Origin: Macrostomum hystrix | Lineage: Eukaryota > Animalia > Platyhelminthes | Assembly: GCA_950097015.1 (NCBI GenBank) | Contig: CATNEN010000002.1 | Span: forward strand, 3,596,001 to 3,660,000 | Reading direction: 5' to 3' | Length of the DNA stretch: 64,000 nucleotides | In this document: positions 45,901-57,400 of the stretch, piece by piece | How the letters are laid out: each line of letters starts with the position of its first letter | Position numbering within the stretch: the stretch's first letter is position 1 | Notes under the pieces: generated by a model | The model's input: the letters and a program-made list of their open reading frames with translations, nothing else | Database searches by the model: none | Told to the model about the DNA's origin: nothing | Made by a program: the position numbers and the translations under genes

Positions 45901-48900
45901 AAAACTTTCGATTTAGGGAGGAAAATTTCCCTTGACAATTTTGGCTCTGAAGTGTTCTCTTCTCTTAGAAGAGCAGAAATCGAAGGCAGGGATTCGCTCA
46001 GCTCTATTCTGGCTGGGTTGGCTAAAAGTGCATTCTGGGAAACTAATTTCTGCCAGACAAATTACATAGAAATTTTAAGAGGAGAGATAAAAAGCTTTGG
46101 TGGGGATAAAGAGGCCGCTGCATATGAGACTCATGACATTTCCAAGACGTACCTTCAACAGTCGTGGAAAGCGCACAATGGGCAGAATGCCGGTGGCAAA
46201 GTACAGCAGGTCGGTGGGCGCCAGGGCTGCCAGATCCAGCTTGAAGTCTGTCTTGGCCATGTAGTGCTGGCGGCATGCTTTGGGGTCTTTCTGTTCGGGT
46301 TTGGTGGGCGATTGAAATATTGCCGTCTGATCTTCTTAGAGTTGAGAGGAGAGATCGATTTAAACTAAAGAGAATTGTGGAGAGAGTGAGTGGCAGAGCG
46401 GTTAACGCGAAAGCGTGCCTCTCGCACCAAGGTCCCTGAGCTCGATTCCGCGGCGAGGCCACGAGACGCAGCCGCGGAGAGAAGGCTTGAGGGCTTGTCG
46501 TGCAATTTTAGCCCTTGAGGGCCAACGTCCAAAACGCAGTGAAAGTGTGCACTGCCTGTGACGATGAGAAAGTTGTGAGTGTGTGCCTGCGTACAGTAGC
46601 TGTGTGCGTGTGTGCTCAGGAGTCAGCGGAATGGGCAGAATTGCCTCCTGGCTGGCTGCGGATCTAGTGTCGTCATGCAGATTTGAGCAGGGGATTACTA
46701 AAAAGGCTCGAGAATTTTGGGGAGATTTTGTTATGGACACGTTATATGGCTCAAAATTTGTCCCAAAAATGCACATAATCTTCAAAGCATGAACTCCGAA
46801 TAATCCAAAACCTTGGTTCCTTAGTACATCTGTATGTAAGCATATAGAAACCTAAGTTTTACAGTTTCAAAACAGAGCCAGGCCGACTCGTATGAGCGAG
46901 ATACATTGGGACAAGCCGAGCTCTGTCTCTCAAAGGCTGACGAAGTTCTTGGATGAATGCGCTGAATTCAATTACAGATAGCTGAGGACTGGGAAAATTC
47001 GTTGGGGTAGAATTGCATGGAAACAAGGTTCATTTCTAAGAGCACAGGACTGCTAAAAAGCTTGTTGCTTGTCTTCGTTGGATAGGCCTAACGAACTTTG
47101 CTTCATATCGGCCAGTGGCAGCTGAGTTTGCGGAATTTAAATTAGAAACGAAAATGCTGCTTGTGAGAACTAAACATTAATTGATGCCACTTTCTAATCG
47201 CTTTCTGAACACCCCGCCTCACAGTTTGAACCTCAAACCGAGTCATTTTTCTACCCCTTTTAACACACACCTCACGCCTGACCCTCAACCCCAGTATTTT
47301 TTCTACCCCGTTTAACACCCACCTCACGCCTGACCCTCAACCCCAGTAACTTTTCTACCCCTTTTAACACCCACCTCACGATTGACCATCAACCCTAGTT
47401 ATTTTCCACCCGTTCAACACCCACCTCACGCCTGACCCTCAACCCCAGTATTTTTTCTACCCCGTTTAACACCTACCTCACGCCTGACCCTCAACCCCAG
47501 TAACTTTTCTACCCCTTTTAACACCCACCTCACAATGGGCCATCAACCCCAGCCTTTATTCACGCTTTATTCCAGTATTTTACCCTCTTTTAGCACCCGT
47601 CACGTGCGTTCAACCCTTGCCAGAGTTTTTTTACCTCGAGAATTCCTTGATTGACAAATCTGATTCGCATCTTGAAGAAAATGTCCAGAATGTAGATAAA
47701 ATCCGCTACATAGTCAAGGCAGAGCCAAGCCACCCTGCCAGTCGAATTCGGCTCGTCGTAAATTGTGAAAGTGGATCGAAGCGGAATAGCGAAATAGTTG
47801 TAAGCCATCGCGACAGTCAGTAGACAGAGCCAAAGAAGGTACGTAGTGCCTGTGTTAGTGTTTCAGTTTCAGGATTTAGGATTAAGCGCAATGTTCAAGA
47901 CTTAAAGAAGCTCTCATGGTACGAGCTACCAAGAATTTAGGCAGAGAGGTTGGTTTTGGGTGTTTTGAATTTGATGGTGGGTTGAAGTGTGAATAATGGG
48001 GCGGTGGGTTAAAGTGTCGAGAATGGGGTGGTGGTTAGTTGAAGTGTCGAGAATGGGGTGGTGGGTTGAAGTGTGAATAATGGGGCGGTGGGTTGAAGTG
48101 TGAATAATGGGGCTGGGGGTTGAAGTGTCTAGAATTGGGGTGGTGGGTTGAAGTGTCTAGAATGGGGTGGTGGTTGTTGGAAGTGTCGAAAAAGAGGTGG
48201 TGGGTTGAAGTGTGAATAAAGGGGCGGTGGGTTGAAGTGTCGAGAATGGGGTGGTGGGTTGAAGTGTCGAGAATGGGGTGGTGGGTTGAAGTGTGAATAA
48301 AGGGGCGGTGGGTTGAAGTGTCGAGAATGGGGTGGTAGGTATTAGTATCAATAATTTCGTACAGAAGCGTTATATAGCTGTAAGTGAAGAGCGTGGTTGG
48401 CATGGCTTCGCTAGATTTATTTGGTAATTTTTTTCTGACAAATATTCAAATCCACGCTTGTTTGAGTCATCCAGTTCATGCGTACTCGAAGCTAGCTTAG
48501 AACCATTGCATGATTTACTTTTCCCATGTTTTCTATATACTCGTATTTTTCTCTCCCGAAACTTTTCTGACGAAGTTTTGCTACAGATTTTTGTCTGTCG
48601 CATTCGAATCGTTCCAGCGTGCAATTATGCGATGAGTAAGTAGTATTTAGATCAGAGTTAAGATGCTACTGCTCACGGTGTCATCAATATTAAGCAATGT
48701 ATCACAATGTCAAGAAGGCAAATCACGACATCTCAGTGGAAGGAAGCAATGAAAAATGTGTTTGATACTGCGAGTTAGTCATCAAGCACAGATTTACAAA
48801 AAAGACAAACGTGCAAATAGTGAGCAGCTTAAGACACACCTTGCGGATCGACCGTACTGGGCCAGCGCACAGCCGGCAGACTGATTGTCCAACGGCAAAG

Positions 48901-51545
48901 GCGACACTCGCGCCGCTTGACAGCCTCACCCGAAGCTCCGTCAGCTTCATCAGCGTCGTGTACCAGATCTTCCAGGTGCTGCTGCTGCTGTTTATTTTGC
49001 TCCGTCTTGGTTTCTGCAAGAAAGGTTTGAGAAAGAATTTCAGATGATTTCAAAGCAGTTATTGCGCGACTCTTCCAAAAGCTCCGTACAAATGTTCAGT
49101 CCATGGACTGTAGAGGCCACCTCAGCCATTCGATGTTCTGAATCAAATTATTTAAACAAGTGAGCTGACGGTGAGCAACTTGAATTGATTCAAGTGTCTC
49201 CCTTTTGCTGAGAATTAAACTCTCGTTCAGAACTGAACATGAGCAGCTCAAACCACTGTACTTTAAGCTCCACAAGAAGAATCCGCCATACGGGAACTCG
49301 GCAACAAAAACAGTTTCCACTGGGGGCTGAAACTGTTCTGAAATCGCTAGAAGTGTCTTTACCAGTGACCGACGATTCATCCTCGGACTCTGATTCTGTC
49401 AACGGTTGGACTGTGCTAGCGCGCAGGCTGCTGGCGCGGGTTTCAAAGCGACGCCGAAGCTGCCGAAGGCGTTCGCTCATGGCTTCGCTCAGTACGGAGG
49501 AAGAGCGGCGGCTGTTGTATCGTTGGTCATCGATGGAATGGAGCGGAGAAGTCAGGTTGCAGAGAGAATTGCTTTTTAGTGTGAAGGAATATAAATTAAA
49601 GGATTAAAATTCAGGGGAGCCACAGGATAATGACTAAAATCCAGCGAGGAGGCAATTCTGCTCATTTTGCTGACTCCTAAGCACAGACACACACAGATCT
49701 GTACGCAGCTACACAATCACACAGGTGTGACAATCTGCCCTGACTTTTTCATCTTGGAGGTTGATCCTCCAGGGCGTAAATTGCAGACGTCCTCGGGTCC
49801 TTGTCGTGAAAGGAAAGGTTGGGCCTGTGTCTTGTACTCATCCAGCTTTTGTTACCTTAAGTAGCTCATATTAATATTTGTAATACGCATTTATGAGTTG
49901 TTGTTACGTCATCGCGAATGCTCACATTTCAGGAATTGTCAGCGAGCTTCCACTGACGCTGGACATTTCAATGTCTCCTCCGGAGGCGGCCGATTTTTTC
50001 TCGAAGATTTTGCTCGCTCTAGTCTCGCTGGCATCCTCAAGGCCGCGATCCACTTCTGTAAAACAGAATTAAACTATGAAATCGATCAGATATTTTTGCT
50101 TGCGTCAGAGACACCGATTGTGGATGATTTTCCCTAACTTATTTTTACCATACTCAATGTAGGAGCTCCAGGTGGTTCTCGAATCTGACGAAAATCCCCC
50201 TTCATCAAGCATCTGTCCTATGTAGTTTGAGACCAACGGGCTGTCGGCCTTCACTGACGATCGAATCAAAGGTCTTCGGCCGGTCGTTCCTCCACTGCTG
50301 CCAGCATCGGTTGACGTGAGTAGTCGTCTCACAATGCGACGCTGAAAATTAGCCTGCAGCTTGTGCAGGTAGATGTCATAGTCCTCAATACTTGCCGAGT
50401 CGAAGCTCAACTGGCTAAGGCTACGAGTCGTGGCGCTGCGTCTTGGACGGGGGTGTCGGTTGCCCATGGCTTGCCGGGTTTTGAGTCTGTGCTCAACAGT
50501 CGCTTCATTTTAAAAAAAGTTTTCCGTTTTTGTTTCCGGAAAGGAGCTTCTTGCTCTGGATTGGCCTTCGAAATTGGCCACTCACAGCCTTCTGAAGTCT
50601 CTGGTGCGTTTCCGTACATCTTTTCGCCATAAGAGCAGTTTTCTCTACGTTTATTACTTTTAGTAGTATTGATGAAATTAAGCTGCGCGGAACTCGTAGC
50701 AAATAACGCTAATGTTATCCGGTCACTTTCTAAACAGTAGAAGAATCCGCTCCGCTCCAGTTGCTTTTTAGCAACTCCTGAGTCTGAGTCTCCTGAGTCT
50801 GCATATCAACGTACCTGCCAAGCCTGTCATCAGCAGAACAACCTTGGCTCCTAGCTTACCATAAATAAAAAAAATAATGGCAGGAGGGCTGCAGACACTG
50901 ACACATCATTTGGTGACGCTACACCCAGCCAGCGCTGAATCCTGAGCACACAGATACCGCACACAGGTGTCACAAGACGTGTACATCTGCCCTGACTTTC
51001 TCATCGTCAGGCATTGTGCACTCTCACTGTGCCTTGGAGGTTGGCCTTTAAGGGCGTAAATTGCACGACAAGCACCCAAGCCCACAAGCCTTCTCTCCGC
51101 GGCTGCGCCCCAATTAAATGTGGCCTCGCCGCGGAATCGAACTTACGTACCTTGGTGCGAGAGGCAAACGCATTAACCGCTGTGCCACCAACCCCCCACT
51201 AGGCTCGACCTTATTTCATCCCCTCTCTGTCGTCACTACAGTGCCGCCACTGAATCGGTCGAACATCTTTTCAACAGTCCGAATTTGGTGCAGACCTGAG
51301 TGCACCAACTGCTGATAGAACTGCACTACGCACTATTTTTTGACAAAAACTATCGCCATTTAAGTCCAAAGGGAACTTCACCGGAACCCCAAAGTCCAGC
51401 TCACCTCGTGGCACAGCTAGGCTAGAGCCCGCTGGCTTGTCACCGCTCATCACAATGGGCGAAGCCTCTTGGACTGGTTCAACCGATGGAGCTTCGTCCA
51501 CGACGAGAATAGGAGGATTTCTGGCAGCTTGCTCCGGCAGCGATA

Positions 51546-51579
<34 letters not shown>

Positions 51580-51622
51580 CTGCTGCTGCTGCTGTTGCTG
51601 CTGCTGCTGTTGCTTCTGCTGC

Positions 51623-51711
<89 letters not shown>

Positions 51712-51915
51712 CTTCTGCTGAGCCGGCATCGGTGGAGGGCTGGTGATTTCCAGCTCTTCAACCGTGAAGCCTAGGTTAGCGATTCCCAATTGATAATTGT
51801 CTGCGTCATCGGTGCGAAGGCTTTCAATAGACTGGCGGAGATTGCCAGACGAGCTGGTCTGCGCCTCTGTCGCAGTCTGCAGCTGCTGTCTCTGCTGCTG
51901 GCCTTTTCCGGGCAT
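36915..51915 (-). CDS. Cyclic-nucleotide-gated channel beta-like subunit (TAX-2/CNGB type), copy A
   Basis: Core exons 47849-47635 (S1-S2), 46290-46153, 45812-45619, 41189-41048 (pore SLATNIGNNPQP), 40970-40811, 40212-40115, 39360-39277 and 38577-38200 (CNBD, FGEISL...NRRTAD), all phase-consistent. N-terminal polyQ exon near 51915-51330 and C-terminal exons ending at TAA 36915-36917. Terminal exon boundaries are approximate. Confidence 0.88.
37505..37810 (+). mobile_element. SINE family 1 in a CNG-A intron
   Basis: ggtccctgagctcgattccgcgaggcc, gagagtgtacactgcctgacgacg, ending cagccctactgtaattatt. Confidence 0.7.
39490..39690 (+). mobile_element. tRNA-derived SINE family 2 with CORE-like domain
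   Basis: B box ggggttcgattcc followed by gtgtcctttagaaagacacttaactctgcgttgcttcagttcacccagctgttaaatggg, which parallels the MIR/CORE consensus as recalled. Confidence 0.6.
39880..40025 (-). mobile_element. SINE family 1, 5' part
   Basis: caagccttctctccgcggctgcgccccaagtgaatgtggcttcaccgcggaatcgagctc. Confidence 0.7.
40365..40792 (+). repeat. 16-bp satellite grading from ATAGCCTCTAATCTAC to CCAGTCTGTAAT(C/G)TAC
   Basis: Period 16 with a visible variant gradient across the array. Confidence 0.9.
41330..45565 (+). repeat. 12-bp satellite (CATTGACAGACA)n, ~4.2 kb, in a CNG-A intron
   Basis: About 350 units with recurring variants (ctttgacagaca, cattgacataca, ttttgacagaaa). It produces the spurious 300-1400-aa ORFs. 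Confidence 0.97.
46384..46690 (+). mobile_element. SINE family 1, near full length
   Basis: A box gtgagtggcagagcggttaacgc, B-box-like gagctcgattcc, complete body. Confidence 0.8.
47235..47550 (+). repeat. ~52-bp tandem repeat, ~6 copies
   Basis: accctcaacc recurs at 47281 and 47333. Confidence 0.85.
47985..48340 (+). repeat. ~27-bp tandem repeat (GGGTTGAAGTGTCGAGAATGGGGTGGT and variant)
   Basis: Two alternating variants visible. Confidence 0.85.
49615..49800 (-). mobile_element. SINE family 1, 3' part
   Basis: ccagcgaggaggcaattctgctcattttgctgactcctaagcac. Confidence 0.6.
50870..51200 (-). mobile_element. SINE family 1, near full length
   Basis: Head and body blocks present, ends gcaggagggctgc next to an A/T-rich tail. 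Confidence 0.75.
51546..51721 (-). repeat. Coding (CAG/CAA)n polyglutamine tract, ~58 codons, in the CNG-A N-terminal exon
   Basis: In frame with [12 protein letters not shown], which is homologous to [12 protein letters not shown] in copy B. Confidence 0.8.
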
Positions 51916-52074
51916 TGCGTGTTTTCTAGATCGGAAAATTGCGCAATATTTTCGTGCAGGCAGCCAATGTTAGTTAATGTCAAAGCAGTTTTAAACCAAT
52001 CAATAAATCGGCAAAGCTATTCAATCTATAAATATTTCCATACTGAAAAAATATTCCGATTAGACACGGAAAAT

Positions 52075-52400
52075 GTGAGACAGGGAAGAGATGAGAAATT
52101 TGAGAGATGACACAGGTAAGAGATGAGACAGGGGAGAGAAGAGACAGGGAGAGATGAGACATGGGAGAGATGAGACGGGAGAGATGAGACGGGAGAGATA
52201 AGACATGGGAGAGATGAGACGGGAGAGATGAGACGGGAGAGATGAGACATGGGAGAGATGAGACATGGGAGAGATGAGACGGGAGAGATAAGACATGGGA
52301 GAGATGAGACATGGGAAAGATAAGACACTGGAGAGAAGAGAGAGAAGAGAGATGAGACGGGAGAGGTGAGAAATGGGAGAGATGAGTCATGGGAGAGTTG
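52075..52400 (-). repeat. 14/16-bp satellite (GAGATGAGAC[AT]GGGA), reverse complement of the 28280-28550 family
   Basis: Direct inspection. Confidence 0.85.
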
Positions 52401-54274
52401 AGACAGGTTGCCACCACATTAAAAATTATGAGTGTTGCTTGGATTGCTTGGGTGTGCCTTCCTTAAGTCTCTTCGCGTATTTCGATCAACTCGCGCCTCT
52501 CATTTTCTAATGAAAAAACTAATCCACTTAGCTACTAGTGCGACTACTAATCCACTTATTCACCGAAGTAAACGAAAAGAAACTCTAAAAATATACCGGA
52601 AAAAATACTTGGGTTCACTGTTACCTGAACCTTACCTGAGCCGATGAACAAGCGATGAGTTGCAGGATTTAAAAACTAAATGAATATCGAAGCAATCTTC
52701 AAATGGCGGCGACTTCAAAGGAGCTGTCTATTCGAGAAAATGTAGCGGCACAAGAACCGGTTCAAAGTAGAAATCTCCAACGAGAGTTATAAATGTAGTC
52801 CCAGTTTTTCTTGTCTCGACGATGAGAAATGGGATGGGGAAGACATGCCGGGGAGGTTGAGCTCGAGAAGGCGTTTCGTGAGCGTGCACTTTGAGCAATG
52901 CAAAAAGGCAGGGAAGAAATTTTTCAGATTGAAAGGCCGCAAGGAGACGGCGAGTAAGTAAGAGAAGGAAGACAGAGAGAGCTGAGCATGGTCGGATCAG
53001 GGCGAGCTTACTGCCGGGGGTAAGGATGTGCAGGTGACAGAAATTTTTCACGGCGTCTTTCACTTCCATTTCCTCTCTTCTCCCTTCGTTCCCGTTTCTC
53101 CCATCCAGAGCTGGCCTCATCCGGCTTGAATCCGGCTTTAAGGGAATTTATCCTGTGTGCGGGAAATCAACCAACAAACTAAAATCCCCTTGGACAGCAA
53201 AAACAGCCCCGCTAGCAACCGACGGACCGGAGCCAATTAGCCAGGCTGCTCAGTGCTCAGAATTTGCTCATTGTAATCGTATACCATACAATCCAGTATT
53301 TTTGCATTTTCTCAATTTTTAGCTCTCCTTTTGTTTTGCAGTTAATGGTCACGTCAAGCTTCTCATCATCACTACTGCTATAATTACAGATCACGATTTG
53401 ACTCTCTCAAGGTTGGCTGTTTCGAAGAAACGACCATTAAAAGAATGATGATGAACATTGAGCATTGCGGTTTCTTGTTTTACTGAGTAGTTGCTAGTTG
53501 TTTCACTTCCAGGAAAATGGAAACTCATCCATCAATTCATCCCCAATTAAGGTTTGCAGGTTGGTAGCTAGAGCTCCAGAATTATGACCAATGACCAATG
53601 GATTTCGAGTGTCAGCCTACCCCAGTCAAAGGACTAAACAGCTAATACAGAGTCTTTGATGATTCAGCACGCGCTTCATCGACGCGGGAAAGTGAGCAAT
53701 CGTGTCCTTGTCCCTGTCCTCTGGGGGATATTGAACACGCTGCTGGTACAGGAAGCTTTCAGCTTGCTCCAATGCGTGTTTTTTTTCCACACAAACGCAA
53801 TTTATTTGCTATGATCGCGTTCATATGATCAACTAGTATACTCAAAAAGTTACAACACAAAAGCTTTTTATGATTTATTGAAATAGAAATAGTACTTTTA
53901 TGTTTATAGAAATACAAAGACAGGCTTGATTCTTGAAATACTTAGTCGTGTCGTGCCGTGTGTATGTAGTTTTATTTCTATTCTAGAGCAGATAAGGGCA
54001 GTGCAAAAATTACACTCATTTTCTTTATTTTCTACATTATTTTCAATGAGTAACAAACTGTTCATGAGGTGTCGAAACAAGTCCAAATATCTATTCAACG
54101 CGCGGTAGAGTAGACTCTCGCTTCTCATTCCTCAAGGACACGTTTTTAGTGGTCTCATCTAGAATAGAGATGCTGTGTGATGGTCCTTGCTTTCTTGTTG
54201 TGCCTGTAAATACAATTAGTATGCATGACAATTTTACTTTTGGTAGCTTTGACCCGATTGTCGTCCAATGTATG

Positions 54275-54450
54275 CCCTAGAGGACCAACCTCCAAGGCAC
54301 AGTGAGAGTGTACACTGCCTGCCAATGAGAAAGTCGGGACAGATGTACACACCTGTGCAAGCGTGTGCTCGGGAGTCAGCGGAACGGGCAGAATTGCCTC
54401 CTCGATGGCTGCAGGTCTAGTGTCACCAAAATGGTGTACATTTGCCCTCA
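54275..54450 (+). mobile_element. SINE family 1, 3' part
   Basis: ccaacctccaaggcacagtgagagtgtacactgcc...gagtcagcggaacgggcagaattgcctcctcg. Confidence 0.75.
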
Positions 54451-54499
54451 CCGGACAGAACTGAATCTGTCCGGTAAGCTTCGTGAACATATTTTTATT

Positions 54500-57400
54500 A
54501 GAAGAAAGACTGAGAGGTTCTAACATGTGATGATCGACAATGAACACACCTTTCGACTCTTTCATTTGCTGCAGCTTCTCGAGCAGTGCTCCGGGTGTGT
54601 CATCCGAGCTCGGAGGCGGTGTCGGAGCCTCTCGAGTGCCTTCCGTTTCAGCCGGCAAGTGGATGCTCTCCTCCGACATTAGCGAGTCGTCATCGTCGTG
54701 ATTTTCAACCTTTGAGTTGAGTTGATTTAATGACTTGCCAGTTCGTAAAACGAAAATAAAACTAATAACAAATTGCAAGATATGTTAGCCGCAAGTCTTA
54801 CAATAGCCTTGGTCTTCGAGAACCAATGTATCCCCGTATTTGACATTTTCGAATTTTTCGACTCCGATGCCGGCGTTGTGAGCGACGCTGCAGCTGCTCT
54901 CGCCGCCACAGCAGACGCGGTGGCAGTCATCATTTCCGAGCCTCGCCGAGATTTCGACGACTTTTGAATGAACTTTGTGAGCGCCGATGTAGGCCTTTCC
55001 TTACTGACAGCCTGTAGGAAAGAATCACCTTCAAGCTGTCCATGTGCTCAAGTTGAGGCGGTGCACCATTAAACAATAATAGTAAAAGCTTCAGTGACAA
55101 GTCTAACTTCAAATACTAGATCTTGCCAATATCTTCTTTGGGTGTGAGTGGCAGATTGGTCTAACGCGTTCACCTCTAGCGCCAAGGTCCCTGAGCTCGA
55201 TTCCGCGGCGAGGCCACATTCCTTTGGGGCGCATCCGCAGAGAGAAGGCTTGGGGGCTTGTCATGCAATTACTTAAGAGCCCTGAGGGCCAACCTCCAAG
55301 GCACAGTGAAAGTGTACACTGCCTGACGGTGAGAAGGTCAGGACAGATGTACGCACCTGTGTGAGCGTGTTCTCAGGAGCCTGAAGGTCTCTGAAGGTCC
55401 TTGGGCACTCTATGGGCGCGTCCTTTGGCGATAGACGACCCGCAACCAGCGCAGCGAGGAGGCAATTCTGCCAATTTCGCTGACAGCTGAGCACGTGCTC
55501 ACATTTGTGTATGCACGTAAGCGACGTACCTGGATGACGGTCTTGAGCAGCTTCGGTGTCGGCTCCCTCTCCTTGATGACCTCCTCGACGGGGACGCTCT
55601 TCTTCTCGGTCTTGGTCGCCTTGCCCTTCGTCAAAGTCTTCTTCGCTCGCTTCCTCAGCAGCGCGTAGGCCTGCGGATAGTCCTGCATGGCCTCTTCAAA
55701 GTCCGCCTTTGACAGCGTGAACAGCGTCGCGAAGCCCTTGGACCGGACGTCCGCCGTTCTACGGTTCCCACCGGAGAGGCTCATGAGTGAGATCTCGCCG
55801 AACACCGAGCCCTCCTTCAGTGTGACGAACACGATGCTGTTGTTTGGGCCGCCAACCACCTCCACCTGGCCGTTCATGATGATGTACATCTCCATGCCGA
55901 CCTCGCCCTGTTGAGATTTCAGAAATTTTGCACGCATTGTCAATCCAGGTTAGTGAGGCCTCTTATCTGCCAGTCATGATGGGATTTACCTAAAATAATA
56001 TAATATTTATAATTTGCTTGAGGACTGTGCGCAATGGTGCATCGTTTGGTGACAGTAGACCCGAAGCCAGCGAGGAGGCAATTCTGCCCGTTCTGCTGAC
56101 TCCTGAACACTGTGTCTCAGAGGTTGTCCCTCAAACGAACGATAACGAATTAACCGCTCTACCACGCACCCCCTATAAGCATTTACCAATCTAAGTGAGT
56201 GAAGTTGCTGTCTCACCTTTTTGCAAATATAATCGCCGGGAAGGTACAGCACCGGTTTGAGTTTTAAAATCAGGTCGGATAGTAAGGCTCTCTCGCAGTC
56301 CTTAAATTGTGTGAAAAATCTGAGCATCATTGGCATTGTCTAATTAATTCTTAATTTTATTATTTCTATGAAAATCTACTGACCTGAAACAATGACACTT
56401 TGCTCAATATGGCGAAGTGCACATTGATTGCTAAATCTGTCTTGAGCTTCTTTGGAAGGCCTTCGAGTAGGCTCGTTTCGTCTGCGAATTGTTGAAGATT
56501 GTTCGCTAGTGGCGGCATCGAGATTCACCGAACTCGAAGTGGCTGGCGACTTACCGAGAGTTTTCTGCTGCGTCCAGTTGTAGTCAAACCAGGTGCGCAC
56601 CTTCTCAATCATGTAGTCTGGCACATTGAGGCTCTTCATGTAGAGCATTGTGGCGTCCATCTGAGCCCGGTAGATAGTCTTGTTGGCGCTGGCAGCTTGG
56701 ACAATTTCGCTGATCTGGAAGAAGGTGCGCAAGTGGATGGCTTTATCGAAAAATTCGACACATCGTCAGGCTGTGAAAGACGGTATTCGAAGTAATAAAA
56801 AAAGTGACAAAACTTCCTCTGCTCTTTTACTACTTTGCCCGTGCTTTTGACTGTGGTGACCCTTAAATGGGCCGTTTTTAGCCTCTCATCTTTGCATATG
56901 CGTATGTTTGACTGGGATTCGGGCGGGGGGAAGCAATACAGTCGATAAAAGCTGTGCTTGTGTCACGTGGAGTGGTCCAGTTCGACTACAGCAATTTTTT
57001 GCTTAACTGCAAAGCAAAATTCTTACCTGTCCGATGAGTAGGGCAAAAACGAACACGCCAGCCAGCCAGTAGCTAACCATAAAGGCCTGCTCGAGCACAT
57101 TGTTCGGCTTGGGATTATTCCCCACTGAACCAGCGGTCTTTGTAGCAAAGTAGAAGCAGTAGATGTAGCTGCGGGATGTGGACAGTCGCTGTAAACTCTT
57201 CAGAGACTTCAAAGAAAATGAAAACCTGTCTCGGTCTCGACACTTACGCTGTGACATTCCACCGGACGTCGAACACCCAGTCGTTGATGCCGAAGCCTTC
57301 CCAGCGAGATACGACATAATAGAAGCAGGCCTCCAGGTGGATTATGTACATCATGTAGATGAGGGTTCGGGCGATCCGCACGGCGTGACCATTCTTGGCT

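Noticed and set aside
52700-53800. Candidate last exon of CNG copy B or first exon of copy A
   Set aside because: Several open frames exist but none shows homology to the other paralog or convincing splice phase, so it is left unassigned.
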